Positions 27,650 to 39,652 of a DNA stretch of 64,000 nt are shown piece by piece. Made by a program: the position numbers and the translations under genes. The notes below the pieces were generated by a model. That model did not search any database, had not been told where the DNA came from, and saw only the letters and a list, made by a program, of their open reading frames with translations. The DNA comes from Hamiltosporidium tvaerminnensis FI-OER-3-3. Taxonomy: Eukaryota; Fungi; Microsporidia. Every line of letters starts with the position of its first letter. Position 1 is the first letter of the stretch. The stretch spans positions 62,001 through 126,000 of the forward strand of contig CM061256.1 in NCBI GenBank assembly GCA_022605425.2, read 5' to 3'.

Positions 27650-28929
27650 AGAATTCTTGAAACGTCAAGCAGTATCAGTAGGTAAAAAGTATACTTTACT
27701 GATAAATCCAGAAAATAGGCGTTTATGAGAGGAACAGATGCGTAATGAGAATGTAATTATTTGTGAAAAGAAAGCGTGAGCTATCAGTGAATAATAAAAT
27801 TTATAAAACTGCGACAGAAAGAAGCTGCGCGATTTAAACTTAAAATTTTTAGATTTAAAGGGTATGAATAAATTTCTAACTTTTCAAATTCTATTTGTTT
27901 TTTTTATAAATCCTGCCAAGACGATTTAACAAGTCCGAATTTGAGTTTGCAACATGTTTTTTTTTGATTTCTTATAATCAGGGAATTTAAAGCAATTTTT
28001 TTAATATATTATAATGAAAATTACATTTTTAGATAGAGGAAGATTGCAATATGCGATAGCTTCAGCACTAATGATGCCAGTTTTTCGAGTGTTTTGAATA
28101 TAACTATAAATTCTTTACAGACTTGTGCATATATTTGTATCTGCACAAGTTTTGTGCTCATATTCTATCAGTGTCGAACTACACCTTACGTAATCGAGTC
28201 GTGTTAGATTTTTTGCGAGTTTGTGAAATAAAAATCGTTTGAGATGATGATCACTCAGAAGCTAGATTAAAATAATAATTTTATAAAAGAAAGACATATT
28301 AATCAATATTGACTTATATATCTAAATATGCGATACATTAACGTTTTTTGAACCCGAAATACCGTTATAAAGAGTCAAAAAACAATTTTTTAAATAATAT
28401 GTAGGCTTTAGACTTGTGAAATCTGTTTTGAAAAACCGAACGAATGAAAACAATGTATGTATCATAAAATTGTAACTGGTGAATGCCGAATGCAGCATAG
28501 CTTTGTATAATAATTATTAATTTTGGCTTTTTGTGCATCATTTAATATTCTGTATCTCCATTTTACACAGCAATATTACAAGATGCCTAGTAAAAGCTGA
28601 AAAAAATATTTTCTAAAAAGCACGGCAAGAATTTTCCAGTTTTGATTATTTATATTTAGAGATTTTATTTTTCGTTTCAAAAACCGAAATGTCTGTTGAA
28701 CCTTTTTGTTCGGAAATCATTAATATCAATTTATGAATTTTTCAAGTAAAAACATCAGAATTTTCATACATCATAGAATCATATAGTAAATTCTTTTATT
28801 TTTTGAAAAAAAATGTCTTGTAGTCGTGCTATCTTTAGAATAAATATTCCTTTAAAGTTTAAAGAGTATTTTTATTTTGTAAAGTTAAAAATTATCCAGA
28901 TATCGAAAAAATATGAACTAACTATATAA

Positions 28930-29160
28930 ATTTTTCCTCGGAATTGCGTGAGGAATTGAAATAGAGTATTTTCTGTTTGTGGTAAATAGCGACTAAAAGG
29001 AACTAGTCCTCCGGTTTGGGGTTTGGGGTCAGGCTAACAATCCACTCTTCAAAACCACCTTGTTACAAAGCCCGAAAAAGTAAACAAAACCACTGAAAAA
29101 AAACCGGTGGGCGGTATTACCGAGGGCTGCTAAAGCTTCTAAAGGGCTGTAGTGTCGATA
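28930..29160 (+). mobile_element. Second bipartite RTE-derived SINE-like element
   Basis: Aligns over its length with the reverse complement of 19963-20197 (GCGACTAAAAGG, AGGCTAACAA, AAGTAAACAAA, ACCGGTGGGCGGTAT, AAAGGGCTGTAGT). Degenerate flanking repeat ATATGAA..ACTATAT. Confidence 0.78.
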
Positions 29161-30529
29161 ATATGAATACTATATTTTATTGATAATCTGCATTTCTATT
29201 CCTAATCAAATATCAATTAATTATTGCCTTGATCGAGAAAATGGGTTTTGAATTATAACTTAAGCCAAAAAAAGGCCTGAATCAATTAAAAAATACCAGC
29301 ATATATATCAATTATAATAGTGAAACTTCAATTTTAAAATTCCAAATAGTTGAAATATAAATTAATGTTTTATAATTTTCTGAAGTAAATAATAATAAAA
29401 TCAAAACAATTTTTTTTGATGTGCCACTATTTACATTTGTAAAATAATTAAGGTTTAGATATGAAAATGTATAAAAAATTCTTTTTATTGATTTTAGGTC
29501 CTTTTGACATCGAATAATCATTTTATGAACCTTAAATCCAAATTTTGATATAATCATTCGTTATTTCATTTTATATAAACATTTTTCTAGTAAAAATAAA
29601 TAAGCTCTTTATTTGAATCAAAAATATATTTAAAATGTAAAATATAATCTTAAAATCATATCGCGCTTATGTTTCTATTAAACTCTAAGTTCATGGACTG
29701 TTGGAAGCATTTGAATATATATTCTGACAGAAGAAACTGTAAATTTATGTACTATTTCATAATGATGTTTTTTTATTTAAAACAGTAGTTGTGCCTACTC
29801 TAACAACCGGTTTTTCAATCATAGCGCTCATAAACTAAAAAAGAACGTCGATATTTTTAATAGAATAATTTTGGCATGTTTTGGTTTTATAAGATTGTTG
29901 TCAAATTTCAAGTGAAAAATCTTACTGCATACATAAGTATTTCCTCCGAATAGGATAAGTTTTATTGATATCTATGAGTTTAAAAAATTCATTGTGTGAT
30001 TTTTTAGAGTTAATCACTAAAAAATGTTGCATGGGTTTAGAAAATTTGAAGAAAACATAGTTTAACGGTTCCTCAAAAGTTTAATATTATTTCGATTTAT
30101 TATTTTATCTAATTATATCAAAATTAAGACATTTAAATATTTTTACTGACTTTTGCCTAAATTAATTACTGATTGACATATAAATTTATTTTCAGCGATA
30201 TCTTAAAAATTTTCATTTTTACGTTTTTATTTTTCGTTCTTTAGTGCTTTATTGGAATTAACTAACACTCAAATATCACTAAAAAAAAAAGTAAAATACC
30301 GGAATAAAGCGAACGAACCAGTAAAACAATATCTATTTATAAGAGGTGCCGCTATTTTTTTAAATGGTTATCTTTTTGAATTGCAGCTCTATATCCGCCT
30401 TTGGAGTCCACGTTTTCAAACTTTAGCTAATTTTCTTACTCACTCTCATCTTTGGTTTTTTTTAATAAATTATAACCAATCAAAGAGAAAGGCAATTTAA
30501 ACGAAATTTAATACAAAATATTTATTTTT

Positions 30530-31102
30530 TCAAAAATTATCGGCAATAAAACATGAACTACTGGCAAAAACAGTAAAAAGACTCAAAATAAAATTAAAAT
30601 TTGAATAGAAATAAATTTGGAAAAAAATGTAAAAAATTAATAACTGATTTAGCGAAATTGATATAAATAAAATCAAAAGACTGTGAAAAAATAAAGAGTA
30701 AAGTATCAAACATAAATTAAAAACAGTTCTGGTCAGCATATAAATTACAACCAGAAAATTAAATAAAAGTTTAAAAGATATTGGTAGGTAGGATAAGGAT
30801 ATATCGTATTTCATGGTTTTTGTCATTATGTCTGCATTTTTACCCAAATAATTAGCTTCATTTAATTCCTTTATATTTATATTCTCATGATTTATTTCGA
30901 AAATTTGCCTTAAATCGCCGGTAATTGATATATTTTGCTCATTTGAAAAGTTGATAGTTCCAATCTTACTATCTGTAGTGGCTATTATGTACTTTTCCAT
31001 TCCAAGTACCTTGTCTGTTTCCTTATTATTTGAATTCATTTTATAGGATTTTATTTTCCGATCAAAATCATTAAGAATCATAATTATAAAATTAAAGGAC
31101 AA
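30530..31102 (-). CDS. Hypothetical ORF or gene remnant
   Basis: 190-codon ORF; the ATG is probably at 31081 or 31039. The C-terminal half is low-complexity F/I/L-rich. No recognisable domain. Confidence 0.3.
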   Translation of the reverse strand: MSFNFIIMILNDFDRKIKSYKMNSNNKETDKVLGMEKYIIATTDSKIGTINFSNEQNISITGDLRQIFEINHENINIKELNEANYLGKNADIMTKTMKYDISLSYLPISFKLLFNFLVVIYMLTRTVFNLCLILYSLFFHSLLILFISISLNQLLIFYIFFQIYFYSNFNFILSLFTVFASSSCFIADNF

Positions 31103-31734
31103 AAGTTTGGATATAAATAGTAGAATATTCCGAAAATAGAAATAACTTTTATATTTCTATAATGTCAAAATATATTTCCACATTATATTTCACATGGATT
31201 GATTTGTCAAAAAAGATAAGCCTTTTAAAAAATACTTTCACTAACTAAGGCAAAAAAATTCATTCTGTCTCTATATTTCTAATATTAATACATTTTTTTG
31301 ATTTAATTAAATGAATCATCCAACAATACAAATCTTTTTTGTGCATTAAAATATCTTGATTTTCATTCCTAAGCCATAATTTCTTTCTTTAATGAAGATC
31401 ATTGCACAAAAAAAATTATTTGTTGAAATTTTTTAAAAACAGCGCATTTATTGAATTGTATAAATTCTAAAAAATTAAATTTCTAGAATGCTTGAGAAAT
31501 AGATTTATGAGTCGAAGGAGAAATGAATATAAATATAATATAATATATGTATATGTATATTATATTCATATGTATATAGTAGATATAAGATATTAATGGA
31601 AAATTTTTGCTGGTCATGATCAAATCAAATTGTTGATAAAATCATTGTTTGAATTCTTGGTGTAACCAAAACCACACTATTTAAAGAAAAGATCTTTTAA
31701 AATTAGTCTAACAATAAAAAGGTCTAATACTCTA

Positions 31735-34700
31735 AATGACACCACGGCTCTTAAAGAGCCCGGACATCTTTAAAAATTTATCATATTTCTTCTCAATCCA
31801 GCGCCCCTTTATTTCCCTGATTAGACTAATAATTCTCAGATCATTTTCTCAATCATTTATCAATATTTTTTTCACCTTTTGTTCTTTTTCCATTGGATTT
31901 ATAATGTAAGCTTGGTTTTCATTTCAATCTGGGAAAATTCGTGATACATATATTAGTATCTTAATCTTAGTCTTTTTATTATAGTTACCAAATTTTATTT
32001 AACATGATTTCATAAATTTCTAGATCAGTTTTTTAGTTTCGCATATTGATCAGAAGTTTTGGATCATATATTCTATTAATTATCTTTCTTTTCTACGTGT
32101 CTAAAAGTATTTTATCTTTTTTTTTCATAACTCAATTCTCTTTTCTATACATTACAATAGGTCGAATGATATTCAAATACACATTCTTATGTAATTCTTT
32201 CGTATAAATTCGATCTAATCAAGGTTCGCATCAAAAGATAGAGTTTATTTTGCCTCCTCCATTCCATAATTTTATCTTTGCGATCGTTATTCCTACTTTT
32301 TAGAATTTCCAAGATGGTAAAAGCTTGATACCTGTGAAAGTTTAATGAGTCAATCTCTTGGTATTTGTAAAGAAGTTTGAAAGTCATTTATGCATGCTTG
32401 GTTTGTTTAATTAATCTTTTGCTTACAATTTCTTATTTCTTGGGTTTAGCATCAGATGAAGATTTCATATTTTCTTCTTTCCTGTAGATTATACTTAGGG
32501 CGTCATCTTAAGTTGTATATAAATTGTTTCTATATGAAACCTTTACCTCCCTTATATTTAGCTTACGAAAAATATTTTAGATTCCAGTTTGTATAATATT
32601 CATGATAACATATCTAATTGTTTCAAGCCTCTATATATTCTAAAGTCATTTATGGTATCTTTTGCAAACAATATTTTCTATTTTCCATTGGTTAGCGCTA
32701 TTGTTATCATTCATAACAATTCTGTAGGCATTCCCAAATCGCTAAGAACACCAACCATGTATTTACGATCAATACTATCATAAGCTTGTTTATAGTCTAA
32801 AAGAGGTTTTTTAGTAAGAATTTCATATTCGAAGGATTTTTCCAAAATCATTCTCGTATTAAATAGTAGATTTTTTGTCGATCTAAATAACAGAAACTAC
32901 ACTGATAATATCGATAATTCATTCATCGCAGATCTCTAATTCATTTGCGACTATTTTGCTTAGAATTTTAAACTTATATTTGACAGACATATTCCTGTAT
33001 AAGTAGTAAATTCCATATTTTGGATTTGGCATATACAAGTATTATCGGTTTAAAACTTATTCATTGGGTATTTCTCGCTTTTTAAATATGATTTTAACCA
33101 ATTCGTGTATGTTTTCGTAGAATTTAACCTCGCTATATTATACAAATTCGACTGAAATTTTCTCTTCTTCCGATGCTTTCTGATTTCTCAAACCCATAAT
33201 CGCTGTTATTATTTACTCAAAAGTTAAATTTTCGACATTTAATTCGCTATGGTTCAAATATTCTTCTTCGCTAAATCCTTACGGCATTTTTCTTGGCCTA
33301 ATTTATCTTCTTAATCTAATTTTTAAGGTTTAAAAATATTTAGCCATCGAATCTGAAGTTTCTTTAGAAGCTATAAAACTTGCCATTTGTACTAAAGAAT
33401 ACAGTTTTTTTGATACGAATACTCATTATTATATTCTATTTTCATCATAAATTTTTCTTATATTTTAATTATCTGATTGCATTCTATTGCTTTTGATCTA
33501 TAGGGCTCTAATTTAAAGCAAATACTCTTTATATTAGTTTCTGCCGTAAAGTAATTTGCCATATAAATCTAGTATTAGGCCAAGGCATTGCAATTCTGAG
33601 TTAATTTGTAAGCTAATGATCGGTTTGCAGATCAGATCGAACTAAAAATAAATTTCCTCGGTTGTTTTTCACCTAAAACTTTCACTCCAGTTTTTTTTAG
33701 TTTTTTAGCTTACCTGGATCCGGGTATAATCTATTTCAGCTATTATATAAGGCTTGTTAAGTTTAAGTATCTGGTCTATGTATTTACACATTTTCTCTAA
33801 AAGCCATATCATTCAAATATTGGTATTATATCTTTTAATGTATATCTTCTGTAAAGATTTGAGTTGGATATATACTCCTTATACTTCATCTTCACCAAAA
33901 AGTGATTTTAATCTCATCGGCGCATCTAAAAATTCATAAATTTTACACTTTATACATGTATCAAATCAATAAGCACATAATAGATTTGTTTGAATGTACT
34001 ACCACTGGTGGTAGCAGAGTGTATCTATGTAATATTTTATGATGGAAGACTGCTAGAAATAGTAAAGTTCATAATTAATGCCAATTTAATTACTCTGATT
34101 TCGTTTTTATCCGATTCCGGATAAATGATTTTTTGTTCAATCGGGAATCTGCACCTCATATCGTTTCCTAATTTTGCATTAAATTCACATAAAATATTTT
34201 TAAATCATTTCTTGGTGCGTTTTCTTAGACTATATCAGTCTGCCATGAGATGAATCTTTATTTTTTTTGTTAGTATCTTTAGTAGCACGTAATTCACATC
34301 AATATTGAGTTAAAAACGTTTCTCATGAATCATATTGAATACAAACGTGCATCAATAGGTTTATATTCTTAAAAAAATTTCACTAGATTGTTTTCAAAAG
34401 CAGAAACTGTTTCAAGTACGTTATTCGTTTTTCTGCTGTAGAACACAGTGTATTCCTTTGTTTTTATCACGTCTGTTCCCTTCCATCTGATTTCTTATAA
34501 TGCAAAAATATCTACATATATTTCTTCGTATACTAGATAAATTATACAATAAACCTGGTCGAAAAGGTCGGCGCAAATCTGCTGTTCTGATATCTATTAA
34601 AAATTGCTTTTTTTTTTCTTATTATTTGATTTGGTTAGCATTTAGAAATTTTATTATTTCGTTTTTGTTTCATAACAATATAGTTTATGAGATAGTGGTT

Positions 34701-34780
34701 TAGCCTTTTGTTAATCTTTCACCTTTTATCTTGGCTTGGGACTAGAATAGAAGATCTCGTATTTTTTGGCGGAGTTGTTA
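31735..34780 (-). mobile_element. Near full-length, decayed RTE-clade LINE (APE + RT)
   Basis: Minus-strand motifs in the correct order: VDIFAL*EIRWKG...YTVFYS (APE start, ~34430-34520), DLQTDH (APE end, ~33620), YTGICLSN, LDYKQAYDSIDR (~32770-32800), RGLKQLDMLS (~32605-32635) and FYHLG. 3' hairpin GGCTCT-TAA-AGAGCC at 31746-31760. Length ~3.05 kb. Confidence 0.85.
34713..34780 (-). ncRNA. Degenerate twister ribozyme at the 5' end of the RTE LINE
   Basis: The minus strand reads AACTCCGCC-(22 nt)-CTAGTCCCAAGCCAAGATAAAAGGTGAAAGATT. The retrotransposon-associated twister pattern is AACTCCGCC...CCGGTCCCAAGCCCGGRTAAAGGAGGAGGGTT. Several stem pairs are broken. Confidence 0.7.
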
Positions 34781-34917
34781 TATTAATTTAGCAGAATTTA
34801 TTAATTACCTATTTCTTTGTTTCTAGTTTATGAATTTATTTATAGAAATATATGTCTTTACGTATTAAACAGTGAAAAAAATAAAAATGTGGAAAAAAAT
34901 CTTGTTTTAATTCATTG

Positions 34918-36516
34918 TCACAACATAAAATGATAGCAATTTTCCATTTTTTCTTTATAGATATCGGTGAAAACCAGCGAGTTTAATCTGATATTTATAT
35001 TATATCGTAAAAATATTTGAGAATTTTTCAATACTTTAAAAATAATTCGTCTTATACTACTATTTTCATGACTCTTCTTCATATATTCTTTCATTTCAAT
35101 CAAGTAATCGATAAAATAATTATATTCGTCTTTCGGAATAATTATTAAATTTTTAAATGTCTCGTTTTGAAAAAGATTTAGATAGTAATCGATAAATTTT
35201 ATAGATATACTATTTTTGAAATTTAAATAGTCATAAAAAAAACTCTTAAAGTTGGCCCGCGTTCGATTCTCGGTATCCGCTTTCTCATAAAAGTACAGCT
35301 TTAAATATTCTATCGTCTCACTATCAAATAAAAAGACTAAATCTAGTACACATCTTAAGATAATATCGTTTGCAAAGTGATTTCCAATAAAATCATTTAC
35401 CAAATAAAAATAAATATCTCTGACTAAATAAATTATTTTTTTGCTTTCATTTGGGAAACCCAGTAAATTTCTAATTAACCCAACAATTTCTAAAATTTTA
35501 CGAAAATCATTTTCTATAATCATGTAAAAGTGGGTGTTTAATTTAAAATCGGGCCGTCTCACATTTTTCCCATATAAATTATTCGAATTTTCAATAAAAT
35601 ATGAAGTATGATTTTGTAATATTTTTTCAATGATTTTAGATCCATAGAATATACAAAATATGGAAGTTTCGTTGGTAGCCACTGTAGTTATTTTATCAAA
35701 TACAAAATTGTTCAGTAAAATTAAACCCGGGAATAGCGATAATATTGGACAATTGGTCTGTGGGATTTTGATTGAACTCATTTTTTCAAGAAAAATTCTC
35801 AGCACTTCGTCCATTATGTTACTATTTTGCAAATTCTTCTGCATCTTCATTTCGATATCGTATAAGTCCTTAAATATATACTTGTTTTTTTTATAAAAAT
35901 TTTTAATTATTAATGTGTTATTGGTATTATGCACAAATATGCGTTCAATTTGTTCAAATATAACCGTTGGATTTTGAATATTTTTTTTATTAGTGAAAAA
36001 AAATCTTACAAATTCTATATCATATTTATAATTATTGTGCTTGGGTACATTATTTTTATTTTTTACTGGATGAAAGCTGGTTTCATCATTTTGTGCTTGT
36101 ATACTTGGGACAATATTCCTTCCAGCTAATGTGTGATCTGATGACTGGTCAAAACCCTGAATGTTGTTGGAAGAGTCTATGTGATAATCAATAAATATCG
36201 GAATGCTAGAATTGTGAGGAATAGTAATGTTCTGTGAAACCAACACACAATTCGATATTGTAAAACTGTAATTTTTCGAGTTATTACTAATATTTTTATC
36301 TTCTTTATTCATCTCTTTGGTGGTACTTTCATTGATTGTGATCGTGCACATTAAAGGATTTATACCAGAATTATTAGAGAAAATAGTAACAATTTTGTGC
36401 CTTGCCTCATCGTTTTTGGCTTTTTCCATTTCAGCTAATATTTCCTTAGATTCGTTATGAATAGCCAGTTTCATAAGAGACCAGAAAAACATTAATTTAT
36501 ATTGCTCAAAGAACAT
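34918..36516 (-). CDS. Uncharacterised ~532-aa protein, same family (member C, closest to A)
   Basis: Intact ORF. CCCC-ATG at 36516 gives MFFEQYKLMFFWSLMKLAI, which aligns with the start of A. Shares ISxCVLVSQ, IPIxIDY, NCPILSLFPGLI, CVLDLVFLFD and IFLRYNxNxRLNS with A. Confidence 0.87.
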   Translation of the reverse strand: MFFEQYKLMFFWSLMKLAIHNESKEILAEMEKAKNDEARHKIVTIFSNNSGINPLMCTITINESTTKEMNKEDKNISNNSKNYSFTISNCVLVSQNITIPHNSSIPIFIDYHIDSSNNIQGFDQSSDHTLAGRNIVPSIQAQNDETSFHPVKNKNNVPKHNNYKYDIEFVRFFFTNKKNIQNPTVIFEQIERIFVHNTNNTLIIKNFYKKNKYIFKDLYDIEMKMQKNLQNSNIMDEVLRIFLEKMSSIKIPQTNCPILSLFPGLILLNNFVFDKITTVATNETSIFCIFYGSKIIEKILQNHTSYFIENSNNLYGKNVRRPDFKLNTHFYMIIENDFRKILEIVGLIRNLLGFPNESKKIIYLVRDIYFYLVNDFIGNHFANDIILRCVLDLVFLFDSETIEYLKLYFYEKADTENRTRANFKSFFYDYLNFKNSISIKFIDYYLNLFQNETFKNLIIIPKDEYNYFIDYLIEMKEYMKKSHENSSIRRIIFKVLKNSQIFLRYNINIRLNSLVFTDIYKEKMENCYHFML

Positions 36517-37139
36517 GGGGACAAATTTTAATGACATTGGATATTATTAACGGCTTATATAACTTTTTAAATATTTAATAAATTATAATTGGGCAAATAT
36601 ATTTCTGATATAAATATTACCATTTTAAATATATTTGTAAAGAATAATTGCCATTTAAGTAACATATATATCAAATCAATTAGCTTTTAATATTATACAA
36701 GAAAAATTTATTTCGTTTTTTGCTATTTTAAAGTACGAACTCATTGGCTTTATTATTTTGTCAAAGCTCGATGATTTCTGTCGATATATAATATCAAAAT
36801 CATATTTTTATTAGGAAAATATCGTTTCAAACGCTACTATTTTATTCATTGAATATCATTTGTTGATTTGTAAGGTTTTAGATAATCAGGGATTGATATA
36901 TATATACCATTTAACATTGATTAAAGCAGTTTTCGAAGTTGAAATGCTCTCTTTTCTTTTTCGGACTCTAAAATAAACGAAAATCATAAAAAAAATGAAA
37001 TATAGTGTTAAGTAGATTATAAGAAAAAATATCTTTATTGGAAATTAAAATAGTAATCGTATTTTGTGTTATTTGCTTTCATATTTATATAATTTTTTTA
37101 TTTCTTACATTTATAAAACTAATAATACTTTATTAAAAA

Positions 37140-37860
37140 TATAAAATCTTTTAAAACAGTGGCAGGTGTTATATTTTTTATTGACATTAGCGCAATTCTA
37201 GGTTTAACATGAGTAACTTCCCAACCCCCCCCCCCAAAAAAAAAAAAAAATACATCTGTCCCCCTGCGATACCTACGTCCCAAAGACTTTCATCTACGAG
37301 ATGTGTAGAAGCTAATATTTGCGAGCCGTTACCCAGAGTTCGTAAATGTCCGTTGGATGGTCTGTGATTTTAGATCGAAACACCCCCTGGGCTCCCCAAA
37401 GACTATACAGCAAACTTATTTACTTTACACGTATCGAAACGAAACAAATTTCAGCTAAAGGTAACTTGGGAAGTTATATTAGATATATTAGACAGTAAAT
37501 GCTATACCCACATGTGCAACCTGCTACTCACCTTTTCTGGCCTTAAAAAGTTTTATTTTTAAGTCTCACAGGCGCTAATTCTTCTAACCGAGTTAGCAAG
37601 CCTAGATTTCTATACTTTCAAAGTAATTACCTTGAAGCGAAGCCGTAGTCACAATCTAAGTACATTAAAACTATAAATTGGATTTGCAGAAAAAGATTCG
37701 TCATTTCGTAGACTTTCTCTACTCATAAAAACACCCATAAAATAATCGAAAATGTGTTTGGATTTATTCATATCAAGATTTTATCAATATTTCAAATGTC
37801 AATCATGCATACTCTTTGCCAGGCAGATAGTTTTTCATGTGGTTATTCTCTCTTCACATA
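37140..37860 (-). mobile_element. Diverged copy of the ~735-bp repeat, abutting the inner end of the right arm
   Basis: CCCCCTGCGATACCTACGTC~CCCCCTGCAATACCTACATC, GGCTCCCCAAAGACTAT and TCTTCTAACCGAG match 53177-53911. Contains a C11A15 run at 37225-37250. Confidence 0.75.
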
Positions 37861-38029
37861 ATATCATTCTATAATAAGATTTCTTACTAATGTATTTAAA
37901 ATAACTAGTTTAACTAACGATTGGTTTTAACATATAAAGAAACAAAACAAATTTAAAATTTCTCGAATCAATTGTTTAGATCTTGAAATTGCGAAAGAAG
38001 AATTAAACTCAAATTTTATTTTATTAATT

Positions 38030-39652
38030 TTATTCCGTGTAATTTATTTCCTCAATGAAAGCTTCCAGCATTTTCTCTTTGTACTCATCTGTAAAAATCA
38101 TTGAATTTACTTTTACATTGATATAATAGTGTATAAATATTTGAGTTTTTTCCAGTGCCTCGAAGGCAATAGTATTTATTTCAATATCCGTAAGATTTTG
38201 TGATATATTTTCTCTAATCTTATTCAAATATGAAATGTGTCGTTCATATTTTTGTTCGGGTATGTTGATATATTCTTTGAATATTTTATTCTCAAATATT
38301 TCTAAATAATATTTAATAAATTTACGACTTTCAAATACTGAAAAATCAATTATGTCTTGTTGAAACGATCTGAAAAGTGGAAATATATAAAGATTCGATT
38401 TACACGTATCACAATTGTATTCTATTATATATTCTATTGAATCTTCATCGAATAAAAATACCAGATCAAGCAAGGATCTAGTTATGCTGTTTTTTATATA
38501 CCTATTATTTCTAAAATCATTCTTTAAATAATAACAAGCAGATTTTATTAATTTGGTCATTTTTTGATCAATTTGTCGCATTTCTAAGGCTTCATAGATG
38601 TATCTAACGATATTAAGAATTTGTAACAAATAATTTTTTGTTATTTGTAAAGAATTGCGGCATAATCGAAATTTAGGATATTCTGAATTCTCTCCATATA
38701 CAAAAGAATGATTTAATTCGGTAAATTTTAAAGAATCATAATGCAAAATACTTTCGATTATTTTACATCCATAATATATACTTATCATAGGTCTTTCATT
38801 TAATGACATATTAGTGAATCTTTTGTTTATGAAATCTTTTATAAAAATTAAGCCTGGAAAAAATGATAGTATTGCACAATTTTTTTTCGCTATTTCGATC
38901 TGATCTATTCTGGCTTTGAAAATAACTGCAACTTCCTTTAATATTCGTTCATCTTGCCAATATTCTTTCATTCCTGCCTCAATGTTTCTTAGTTTCCGAA
39001 ACAACTTGCAATTATTCATGAAAATATTTTTCAAAAATAAATTTCTGATTCTATATGAGTCATCTAAAAAACATAAAATATCACTATAAGAAGTACAGTT
39101 GATTTTATCTTTGCGAATACGTTTACAAATCTGTGTTAGTTTCTTTATTTTCTCAGAAATTTGGCACTGTAGATCTGTTTTATAATAATATTCTTCAGGA
39201 ATTTCTTTGGGAAACGGGTTTTCAGTGTCTTTTTCATCAATATTTAGCAAAGTATTCATACAAGAAGGTGTTTGAGTTGAATCCGAAGCTGAAAATCGCG
39301 GGATTCTTGATAATGTATGGTAGGCATGAGTATTATTTGAAGGGATTGGATTTTGTGAAGTTTTAGCCATATGAGAATCTAAAGCATTATATGAAAATGG
39401 TATGGAGTATTCGTCTGTAGACTTACCAACGTGTTCGGCTTTGCAAGGTAAAAATTCTTGTATCAAGGTAGTACTTGGATGCAAATAGGTGCTTGGTGTT
39501 CCCATAATATCTTCACACCAGAATGCACCAATATTGTGTCGTTTTATATGATCGTCTATTTTATATTCTTCGGCATAATAATTGGAAGGTAAACTTTCTA
39601 TAGCTGATTTAACAAAATTTCTAAAAATCCCTAAATATGATATAAAAAACAT
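38030..39652 (-). CDS. Family member B' (duplicate of 16996-18618)
   Basis: 540 aa, identical to B except for 6 clustered residues. Confidence 0.88.
   Translation of the reverse strand: MFFISYLGIFRNFVKSAIESLPSNYYAEEYKIDDHIKRHNIGAFWCEDIMGTPSTYLHPSTTLIQEFLPCKAEHVGKSTDEYSIPFSYNALDSHMAKTSQNPIPSNNTHAYHTLSRIPRFSASDSTQTPSCMNTLLNIDEKDTENPFPKEIPEEYYYKTDLQCQISEKIKKLTQICKRIRKDKINCTSYSDILCFLDDSYRIRNLFLKNIFMNNCKLFRKLRNIEAGMKEYWQDERILKEVAVIFKARIDQIEIAKKNCAILSFFPGLIFIKDFINKRFTNMSLNERPMISIYYGCKIIESILHYDSLKFTELNHSFVYGENSEYPKFRLCRNSLQITKNYLLQILNIVRYIYEALEMRQIDQKMTKLIKSACYYLKNDFRNNRYIKNSITRSLLDLVFLFDEDSIEYIIEYNCDTCKSNLYIFPLFRSFQQDIIDFSVFESRKFIKYYLEIFENKIFKEYINIPEQKYERHISYLNKIRENISQNLTDIEINTIAFEALEKTQIFIHYYINVKVNSMIFTDEYKEKMLEAFIEEINYTE

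Noticed and set aside
23231-30360. Shared ~30-bp motif TCTATTTAT(AT)AAGAGGT..GCTATTTTTT at ~23231 and ~30332
   Set aside because: AT-rich and short, and the flanks do not extend the match.
37225-37250. C11A15 homopolymer run
   Set aside because: Local expansion within a repeat copy. Not telomeric, and prone to sequencing error.
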